From: an uncultured Dictyobacter sp.
Lineage (GTDB): Bacteria > Chloroflexota > Ktedonobacteria > Ktedonobacterales > Ktedonobacteraceae
Assembly (NCBI GenBank): GCA_964657925.1
Contig: CAZZWK010000020.1
Span: forward strand, 1,359 to 65,358
DNA length: 64,000 nucleotides
Direction: 5' to 3'
Shown: piece after piece, positions 47,201 to 54,112 of the stretch
How the letters are laid out: each line of letters starts with the position of its first letter
How positions within the stretch are numbered: position 1 is the first letter of the stretch
Program-made: the position numbers and the translations under genes
Notes under the pieces: model-generated
Told to the model about the DNA's origin: nothing
Seen by the model: the letters and a program-made list of their open reading frames with translations, nothing else
The model's database searches: none

Positions 47201-47314
47201 TTTACTGCGACCAATAATCGTAACGGCCTTGGTAATCGGGAAAGTACTTTGAGTGAGCGAACCAGCAAGAAAGGTAATCGAAGCCATTATTTGTGGTTTT
47301 TGTTCGAGAGCCAC
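44249..47314 (-). CDS. Triple-FHA-domain ABC transporter (FHA x3, ABC ATPase, ABC-2/ABCG-type permease), Rv1747-like architecture
   Basis: 1021 aa. The FHA cores are VTIIGRSKKNDIVVTDTVVSRVHARL, VVNIGRDPHNDIVINEANISRLHLRL and AIVIGRSPDNDVVLNHPQVSAHHTRL. Walker A is GGSGAGKTTLLDALSG and the signature is LSGGQRKRVSIA. The C-terminal part is a multi-TM ABC-2 domain. GTG 47314 is preceded by aagggga. Confidence 0.85.
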   Translation of the reverse strand: MALEQKPQIMASITFLAGSLTQSTFPITKAVTIIGRSKKNDIVVTDTVVSRVHARLIYGDDVWKIEKLSQTSKVTLNEEAVEQAELFDGAIVGLGEKVNFVFSLTRIDTSQPTTVIAVPAAQDQDRVVTDAHLDVQAASAEPASEYPTPERIERSPSTEIASFAAMGLSSIEVTDNTTGSRRVYPLLKEVVNIGRDPHNDIVINEANISRLHLRLVHEKEQWVLLHPHPDQPRTMNGLIYQGNVIKGDEPFRKVLAHRDIFRIGNEYGLLVTLRYLDGNNPREAAPRIQPIQLGSTAIVIGRSPDNDVVLNHPQVSAHHTRLVQEQETYRLTDLDSTNHTYINGVQADSQLLQVNDEIRIGPFRLVYTQGRLMPFDESNGIRIDALNLTKVGSNQVMLLNDISLSIPARSFVALVGGSGAGKTTLLDALSGLRPAHEGAVFYNGQDYYRNLAVFSSQLGYVPQDDIIHRELTVERALYYAAKLRLPRDFQEAQIALRIDEVLDDVEMKHRRSLLISQLSGGQRKRVSIALELLAKPSIFFLDEPTSGLDPGLDRKMMVLLRKLADKGHTIVLVTHATNNINVCDYVCFLAQGGNLAYFGPPEEAKAYFQQPDFAEIYSVLEPSEEKRTVPLEARETFENSQTYQRYVSERLSQMPKSGTQYLREQKQQVSASRRGALRRQFLLLTRRYIELLRNDFGNLAILLLQAPLFGLLLLVFIKGVGPDGFNRLNVLQCPATAAIVAVNGYPDVPTPNNPVVSQSCQRVENFLRDDAAGKAYAHARGGAINALQDFIEPGQDYQPTVLFLMAFAAIMFGCINAIREFVKEVPIYRRERTVNLGIVPYMFSKIAVLGLLCLLQSLVLVGCVAIFDPFRYSILLPPFLEVYITVALTSIAGLMLGLLVSAVSPNNDRAMSFLPLILLPQVIFSGTIFPLTNWFLQYPAMLFPIRWAMAALGSSVGLHSDKLNKDQLFGNTYTYHSTLFSIYSQQEAWHYLLLMWLALVVMILLLGVGIGYFLKRKDIQK

Positions 47315-47676
47315 GTTCCGTCCCCTTATTCACGAGTGTGAGCGCGCTTCCTCAAGCGATTTTATGCTCCTTGTTTAAAAGCATCCTGCATCCTTTTAAA
47401 GCATCTTACATCTGATTTTGAATTATACGCAGCATACGAAGAGCTCGTCAATATACTCTTCAAAAATAGCCTTTTCAAAGTTGAAAAATAATCGACCTAA
47501 CCTGACCTTACTACAAGCCCAATAAAAAAACAGCTTGAAATGAAAGAGAGAAATATGCGTTTAATACAAACAAAAAGACACACTCACACCGTCAATGTCA
47601 GTCAGTCTCAAACAGTACTGCCTAGGCCAGAGAATCACTCAGGCACCAACGATCACCAACAGGAAAGGACATAACT

Positions 47677-49044
47677 ATGACGTGGCAAACATACCTCGAA
47701 GAACATCAACCTCAGCACCAGGATGAACTCCTGCAATTTCTCAGTATCCCCAGTATTTCCTCGCTACCCGCGCATGCCGAGGCCGTACAACAGGCTGCAC
47801 AATGGGTAGCCAACCGTTTGCGCACCGCAGGTCTGGAACAAGTACAAATTTTGCCTACCGGCGGCCACCCCGTCGTCTATGGCGAATGGCTGCATGCACC
47901 AGGAAAACCAACTGTGCTAATCTATGGTCATTTTGATACTCAACCGGTGGACCCGCTTGATCTCTGGACGCACCCACCCTTTGCACCTACGATCATCGAT
48001 GATCGCGTCTATGCCCGCGGCGCTTCCGATGATAAGGGCAACATGTTTACTCCCATTCTGGGTGTCGAGGCATTGCTCAAAGCGAATGGATCGCTCCCCA
48101 TCAACATCAAATTTTTTCTGGAAGGGCAGGAGGAGATCGGCAGTCCACAACTACCAGCTTTTATCGCCAGTCATCGCCAGCTACTGGCCTGCGACCTCGT
48201 GCTCAGTTCCGACGGTGGTCAGTACAGCGAGGACCAACCTGAGTTGATGCTCTCGGCCAAAGGCCTGGTCGGAATGCAAATCGATGTATATGGAGCAAAA
48301 AGTGATCTCCACTCGGGCATGTACGGCGGTGCAGTCCCCAATCCCATTCACGCACTCACCGCCCTGCTCGCCTCTTTGCACAGTCCCGAGGGCAAAATCC
48401 TCGTCGAAGGGTTCTATGATTCGGTGCTTCCACTCTCGGATGCGGATCGCGCTGCCATCACTACTATTCCATTCGATGCACAAGAGTATCAGCACAATGT
48501 CGGAGTAACAACGCTATTGTCCGAGCCAGGCTATACTCCCCAGGAACACCTGGCCGCACGGCCCACGCTGGAAATCAACGGTATCTGGGGCGGTTTCCAG
48601 GGAGAGGGTGTAAAGACCGTGCTTCCTGCCGAGGCGCACGCGAAAATTACCTGTCGCCTGGTCGCCGATCAAGAACCTGCCCACATCGCCGACCTGATCG
48701 CCAGTCATATTGCACAACACACTCCCGCGGGAGTCCATGTCAGCATGCATCCCCTGCCCGGTTCTGCTCGTCCATATCTCATCCCGGCTGATCACTGGGG
48801 CAATCAGGCGGCAAAGGATGTGCTTCAGGACCTCTACGGGAAAACGCCATATCATAGCCGTTTGGGTGGCAGTATTCCCGTGTGCGAACTGTTCCTGACC
48901 CACCTGAACGCCTATACCGTCGGCTTCGCTTTCGGTCTCAATGATGAGCAGATTCATGCCCCAGATGAATTCTATCGCCTCTCCAGCTTCCGACGCGGCC
49001 CCATAGCATACTGCAAGATTTTGCAGCAACTGGCGCAACAGTAA
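47677..49044 (+). CDS. M20-family metallopeptidase (dipeptidase/ArgE-DapE type)
   Basis: 455 aa. It has VLIYGHFDTQPVD, ARGASDDKG and EGQEEIGSP motifs. Confidence 0.85.
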   Translation: MTWQTYLEEHQPQHQDELLQFLSIPSISSLPAHAEAVQQAAQWVANRLRTAGLEQVQILPTGGHPVVYGEWLHAPGKPTVLIYGHFDTQPVDPLDLWTHPPFAPTIIDDRVYARGASDDKGNMFTPILGVEALLKANGSLPINIKFFLEGQEEIGSPQLPAFIASHRQLLACDLVLSSDGGQYSEDQPELMLSAKGLVGMQIDVYGAKSDLHSGMYGGAVPNPIHALTALLASLHSPEGKILVEGFYDSVLPLSDADRAAITTIPFDAQEYQHNVGVTTLLSEPGYTPQEHLAARPTLEINGIWGGFQGEGVKTVLPAEAHAKITCRLVADQEPAHIADLIASHIAQHTPAGVHVSMHPLPGSARPYLIPADHWGNQAAKDVLQDLYGKTPYHSRLGGSIPVCELFLTHLNAYTVGFAFGLNDEQIHAPDEFYRLSSFRRGPIAYCKILQQLAQQ

Positions 49045-49347
49045 TCCATAGAAAGAAACGTACCAGCGGCGTTTTATAACATAACTGGCAAGCTACCTTC
49101 TGCTCTCTAGCAGACCAATAACGCGAACCAGCCCGCTGGTACATATTACGATGAGGATTTGCCACACCACCATTGTGAGTGAAACCGTTTATGGACTTGA
49201 CAGAACGGACTTGACACACACACAAAATTATTGTATATTTTTGGAAGTTATAAGAATATTATAAACTTTTTTAGCTGTATGTGAGAATCGAAACCATCAG
49301 ACGCAAGAGCAACGTGCTCTCAAAAGCATTGTTGATAAAGGTGAGCT

Positions 49348-50115
49348 ATGATACCCAATGACCTCCACTTTATTTATGTGGGAGGCAAACCTTTCTCACT
49401 TATCCATTATCTAGCCATCAAGTCAGCCTGTATCGTCAACAATCCTCGGCAGGCAACCCTTCACTATAGTCAGGAACCTGCTGGAGAATGGTGGGACAAA
49501 ACACGACCGTATGTCCAGGCGGTACAGGTTGTCGCACCCTCGACAATCGCAGGCACTCCCATCCAGGCCCTTGAACATGCGGTGGACCTGATGCGTTTAT
49601 CTATTTTGCAAGAATATGGAGGCATCTACCTGGATATCGACGTTATCTGCACCCAACCTTTTACCCCCTTGTTAAACTATCCCTGCGTCCTGGGCGAGCA
49701 GGGGGTCGACGGGAAGAAAGGTCTGTGTAACGCGGTTATACTCGCGGAAAAAGGTGCTTTCTTTCTGCAAAAATGGATCGAAGGCTTCGATTCCAGTACC
49801 TCCCTCTGGTCCGGCTTTCGGGCACAAGGACACGATGAGCACTGGGACGAGATGTCTGTAAAGTATCCTATGTATCTAGCCCACATGTTTCCCGAACAAC
49901 TTTGTATCCAGAACTATAAAAAATTTTACTGGCCCTGTTATTATCCATCTCACCTCGAACTTCTCTTCACCCAGCGAGGATGCAGTTTTCCTGAAGCGTA
50001 CTGCATCCATCTTTGGGAATCTCGCTCGTGGCACCGCTACCTACAGACGATCACGATAAACGATGTGCGCAAGAACGACACCAACTTCGCGCACATCGTT
50101 TCCCGCTTCCTCTAA
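49348..50115 (+). CDS. Glycosyltransferase with a DXD motif (GT32/OCH1-like sugar-transferase domain)
   Basis: 255 aa. MRLSILQEYGGIYLDIDVIC matches the conserved region of this family. Confidence 0.6.
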   Translation: MIPNDLHFIYVGGKPFSLIHYLAIKSACIVNNPRQATLHYSQEPAGEWWDKTRPYVQAVQVVAPSTIAGTPIQALEHAVDLMRLSILQEYGGIYLDIDVICTQPFTPLLNYPCVLGEQGVDGKKGLCNAVILAEKGAFFLQKWIEGFDSSTSLWSGFRAQGHDEHWDEMSVKYPMYLAHMFPEQLCIQNYKKFYWPCYYPSHLELLFTQRGCSFPEAYCIHLWESRSWHRYLQTITINDVRKNDTNFAHIVSRFL

Positions 50116-50173
50116 CCTTTTTCACGACCAATGACCTCCACACAACCATCCCCACGTACCCATTGCCACTACA

Positions 50174-53100
50174 TTAAAGGTTCATAGCATTGACCCGCAC
50201 GACCAGTTGTGCTCGATTATGAATACCGAGCTTGCTGTAAATATTTTTGACATACCACTTCACTGTGCTCTCGGCAATCACCATTTCACGCGCGATCTCC
50301 TGGTTTGACATTCCCGTCACCGCGCAACGTACAACCGCAAGCTCCCTCTCATTAAGTAAACCGGAGTTCGATTTTGCCACGACAACACCAGGAACGTGTG
50401 CTTTTTTTTCTAGCAGACCCAGCAGCTCACCACCATAAAGAGAGATAGCATCAGAAACAGCGCCATGCTTCAGCATTTCAGCAAGTAAGACACTCATAGG
50501 CCGCCCTTCGTCGATGAAAAGGCGCACGTATCTCTCGGGCATGGCAAGCTCAAGGGCACGCAACAGCATAGCTAGCGCCTGCTCAAGCTTTTGCTGATGC
50601 TGGTACACCAGACCCTGTAACAAGAGGGACTCGATTAAAATACGCTCCTGCCCGATCGCTTGCGCCCTCTGCTGCACCCGCCCCAATCTTTCGCATGCTT
50701 CATCCAATCGATTTTGAAAGAGTGCAAGGCGCGCAAGCACCAGTTGTTCAAGCGTAGACACATAGTTGCCCGCAAAGGTCGCTTCCCATTCACTCATGGC
50801 TCCGATATCGGCCTGCGCCAGCGCTAGCTTCATATGCTGGGCCCGCGCGGCTACCACAATCCAGGAATAAGAATTATCGTACATCATGTATTGCTCGGTA
50901 TGATAAATGATGCTCTTTGCCTCGATCTGGTCTCCTTGCGCATATTTTACACGAGCAAGCAAGGTGTTTCCATACATATGCATCAATTTATGTTCCCACC
51001 GCTTGCTGAGCGCTATCCCCCGCTGCAAATACTCCTCCGCCCGCCCCAGATCGTTCCACTCGTAGAGGATAATTCCAGCATCCAGATAGGCCGCCGCAGT
51101 CATCCAGAAAGCAGCACACGCCTCTCTCTCAGCCACCAGTTGAAAAATCTGTTGCAGAATGTCGAATGCCCTCTGATAATGGTTATAAGCCATCTGCACC
51201 GTCTCTATACCATAGAGCGCGAACACAAGCGTATAGAGATTATCCGTCACCAGTCCGATCTGGTGCGCGCGAAAAAATGCGTGATCCGCGTCACTGATAT
51301 CTTCATTTAACCAGTAGGCACTCCCTAAAATAAGCTCACAGAGCCCACGTTGAAACAGGTCCCCCTGTGGCAGGTACTCTAAAGCCTGATGCGCAAAAGT
51401 GATGGAGCGAGAAACATCGCCTTTGATGTTGAACAGATGCGCGCGAATGACGGCTATCATACACTTGACCACTCCCTCCTGCCCTCCATTAGCAGCAGAA
51501 TCTCTATCCTGATCCTTATGCTCGGCCAGTTGCAACCACGGCTCGATTAGATCGGTCTGCTGGCCGGTCGCCATCAACAGCCACGCCTTGATCAGGGAAA
51601 GCAGCGAGGAAGAACGAACAAAGCTTTCTGGCAACAGTTGCATCCAGCGCAACAAGGTGTTAACCTCGTTTCGCCGCATCATTGGCTCTCCAATACGTAC
51701 CAGCAAAGACACCGCCCGTTCATAATCGGCAGCCAGTAACGCATGTTCCACTGCCTCCGATAAATAGTGCTGCTCCTCATACCAGGAACAGGCCCGCTGG
51801 TGGAGTCCAGACAACTGCTCAGGGTTGCTTTTGCGCAGTCGCTCGCGCAAAAAGTCTCGGAAAAGATGGTGATAGCGATACCAGTACTGCTGGTGATCGA
51901 GCGGAACCAGGAAAAGATCCACCTTCTTCAAATAATCCTGAACATCACGAGTACTGTTTTGATCGGTAAGAAACAGACAAAGCGAACTACAAAAACGGTC
52001 GGGAACGGATGTCTTCAAAAGGAAATCCTGCATCTGCTGAGATTGCCGCTGAAACACCTCCTCGGCGAAGTACTCGAACAGGTATGTGTTATCACCAATA
52101 ATCGCACTGGCTAAATGCGAAAAATCGGCAGGATTCTCGTGATGCTGCAAAGAAATCGCCATCAGCTGAATACCGGTAATCCAACCCTCGGTATAACGCA
52201 TGAGCAGATCAACAAGTTCGTGTGAGGGATGAAACTCCATCACCTGCCGCAGGAACAAGGTCACTTCATTATCGGTAAAAGAGAGCTCGTCTATCTGCAC
52301 CTCGTTAAGTTGCCCATGACTGCGTAGACGCGAGAGGCTCAATGCCGGACGCGTACGGCTGGAAATGAAAAGATGCGCCTGAGGAGGTAAGTGATCAAGG
52401 AAAAATATCAGCAACTGATTGATATCAGGGTCATGAATCAAGTGATAATCGTCAAGCACCAGCCCAAAATCATAGGGGATAGCGGCAAAAATATTGACGA
52501 GCGATGTGAGCACAGCTTCGACCGGAGTCGTTAATGAAAGCTGCATTTCGTATTCACCAATATCGGGTACGACCTTTTCGAGCGCGGTAATAATGTAACG
52601 CCAGAAACGGAGTCGATCGTTGTCTTTTTCATCAAGGGACAACCATCCAACAACTGGGGCACACTTCCAGGCCCAACTGCTGAGTAGCGTCGTTTTACCC
52701 GACCCCGCCGGCGCGCAAATCAGGGTCAACTTTTTGTGCATACCAAGCTGCAATTTATCGATGAGGCGTGGACGCACAATAACATGAGCAGCAAGTGGTG
52801 GCACCGACAGTTTGGTCACCAGAATTGGATCAATCTTGCTCTCCTCATGCAGTATCGATGTGTGCACCGGTTTTTGCAGCGATCTGCGCGCTTTCGCAAC
52901 AAGCGAAGTCGCCACTTCATTGAGGCGATCAGGGCTCAAAAGTTCCGCTTTACCTAGATAAGCCGTATACAGCATTCCAGATTTCCGGTAGTAAGCGTAC
53001 CAATACATGCCACCTGCACGCTGCTCTCTGCGTGCCGTCATCGTTGCCTCTCCGTCAGGAAGCTCAAAACGAAAGGTACGGTGATGCTCTAACCACAGCA

Positions 53101-53200
53101 ACCACTCCTGAGAGCCAACCTCAAGCGTCTGAGAGAAATAAGCTTCCTCGCTACCCAACTCTAAACGACCACGATACACCTTTGGAACCGAGTTCGCCAT
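50174..53200 (-). CDS. LAL-family (MalT-like large ATP-binding LuxR) transcriptional regulator
   Basis: 1008 aa. It has the P-loop LICAPAGSGKTTLL, a long helical/TPR-like middle region, and the C-terminal LuxR HTH LNERELAVVRCAVTGMSNQEIAREMVIAESTVKWYVKNIYSKLGIHNRAQLV. Confidence 0.85.
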   Translation of the reverse strand: MANSVPKVYRGRLELGSEEAYFSQTLEVGSQEWLLWLEHHRTFRFELPDGEATMTARREQRAGGMYWYAYYRKSGMLYTAYLGKAELLSPDRLNEVATSLVAKARRSLQKPVHTSILHEESKIDPILVTKLSVPPLAAHVIVRPRLIDKLQLGMHKKLTLICAPAGSGKTTLLSSWAWKCAPVVGWLSLDEKDNDRLRFWRYIITALEKVVPDIGEYEMQLSLTTPVEAVLTSLVNIFAAIPYDFGLVLDDYHLIHDPDINQLLIFFLDHLPPQAHLFISSRTRPALSLSRLRSHGQLNEVQIDELSFTDNEVTLFLRQVMEFHPSHELVDLLMRYTEGWITGIQLMAISLQHHENPADFSHLASAIIGDNTYLFEYFAEEVFQRQSQQMQDFLLKTSVPDRFCSSLCLFLTDQNSTRDVQDYLKKVDLFLVPLDHQQYWYRYHHLFRDFLRERLRKSNPEQLSGLHQRACSWYEEQHYLSEAVEHALLAADYERAVSLLVRIGEPMMRRNEVNTLLRWMQLLPESFVRSSSLLSLIKAWLLMATGQQTDLIEPWLQLAEHKDQDRDSAANGGQEGVVKCMIAVIRAHLFNIKGDVSRSITFAHQALEYLPQGDLFQRGLCELILGSAYWLNEDISDADHAFFRAHQIGLVTDNLYTLVFALYGIETVQMAYNHYQRAFDILQQIFQLVAEREACAAFWMTAAAYLDAGIILYEWNDLGRAEEYLQRGIALSKRWEHKLMHMYGNTLLARVKYAQGDQIEAKSIIYHTEQYMMYDNSYSWIVVAARAQHMKLALAQADIGAMSEWEATFAGNYVSTLEQLVLARLALFQNRLDEACERLGRVQQRAQAIGQERILIESLLLQGLVYQHQQKLEQALAMLLRALELAMPERYVRLFIDEGRPMSVLLAEMLKHGAVSDAISLYGGELLGLLEKKAHVPGVVVAKSNSGLLNERELAVVRCAVTGMSNQEIAREMVIAESTVKWYVKNIYSKLGIHNRAQLVVRVNAMNL

Positions 53201-53692
53201 CGTCTTCCCTTTCTAATGGTCATTACGTCGACTGCTCTGTATTCGTGCTTTTCCCAAATCGATAGGCAATTGATGGAATCGTTGCGCATTGAGTAGTATT
53301 ATACAACGACAAATAGACCTTATTGCGAATCACACACAATTTTAACTTACCTTTATTAATAGAAGAAAATGCTCTAAGAAACGGCTTTCCACTCACCTGC
53401 GGATTCAACATACTAAGGCCGCAGGAAAAACACAACAATCACATCACCAAAAACATAGAATGCGCAGACAAAAAGTTACACACAGAGACAATTAGATAGA
53501 CAGAACCTGTCTCCCTACCCCCACATCCCTATCCTGCTATTCAATCACCCCCTTTGCATATGCCTGCTAAGCATCTTCAGTCGCTTTCCCTTCAACTATC
53601 AACAAGGAGGGAAAAAACCGTATATTTTTCCCTCCTTGCTGGTGGTGACATATTGCCCCTTGAGCATGTAAGCTTTAAGACAAGAACGAGAA

Positions 53693-53762
53693 AATAGTAT
53701 TTGCAAGTTTGACAAACTTATTTCAACATCCATTAAAGTTTGTCAAACTTGCAAATACTATT
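53693..53762. promoter_or_regulatory. Perfect 27-bp inverted repeat (16-nt spacer) overlapping the -35 of the lanA promoter; candidate operator
   Basis: The arms are aatagtatttgcaagtttgacaaactt (53693..53719) and aagtttgtcaaacttgcaaatactatt (53736..53762). Each arm contains the near-palindrome AAGTTTGnCAAACTT. Confidence 0.55.
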
Positions 53763-53789
53763 GACATCTTCGACAAAGTATTTTATATA
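53761..53789 (+). promoter_or_regulatory. Sigma70-like promoter of the lanA-lanL operon
   Basis: TTGACA (53761..53766), a 17-nt spacer, then TATATA (53784..53789). The SD aggaggg (53817..53823) precedes ATG 53830. Confidence 0.55.
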
Positions 53790-53829
53790 TGAATAAAGCG
53801 TACTATTTTTATCAGCCAGGAGGGATTCC

Positions 53830-54084
53830 ATGCGTCTTCACACCGCTCGTGCTTTGCTCGCCACTATCGTCCAACGCGTTGCCTCGGATGCTGCCTATCT
53901 AGAGCAATTGCGCTGCTCACCCGTCGAAACACTGGTCAAAGAGGGACTCCCCTACGATATCATCGAAGATTTTTTGCAAGAAACTCATCTACAGGCGGAA
54001 GTTACCGGCTACCTCCTGCCAGGCTGTGCCAATACCTGCGCGCTGACCACATCTGAAGCCTACCCCGAACAATTTTCCCTGTAG
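53830..54084 (+). CDS. Candidate lanthipeptide precursor with an NHLP/Nif11-like leader
   Basis: 84 aa: MRLHTARALLATIVQRVASDAAYLEQLRCSPVETLVKEGLPYDIIEDFLQETHLQAEVTGYLLPGCANTCALTTSEAYPEQFSL. It ends 28 nt upstream of the LanL-type synthetase gene and has a strong promoter and SD. The C-terminal region carries 2 Cys and several Ser/Thr. Confidence 0.6.
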   Translation: MRLHTARALLATIVQRVASDAAYLEQLRCSPVETLVKEGLPYDIIEDFLQETHLQAEVTGYLLPGCANTCALTTSEAYPEQFSL

Positions 54085-54112
54085 TCGGCTGTAGCAGGCA
54101 AAGGAAATTTTC

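Noticed and set aside
53223-53438. 71-aa minus-strand ORF in the LuxR/lanA intergenic region as an extra precursor or regulator
   Set aside because: It has no SD, an AT-rich low-complexity translation, an orientation away from the lanthipeptide genes, and no Cys-containing core.
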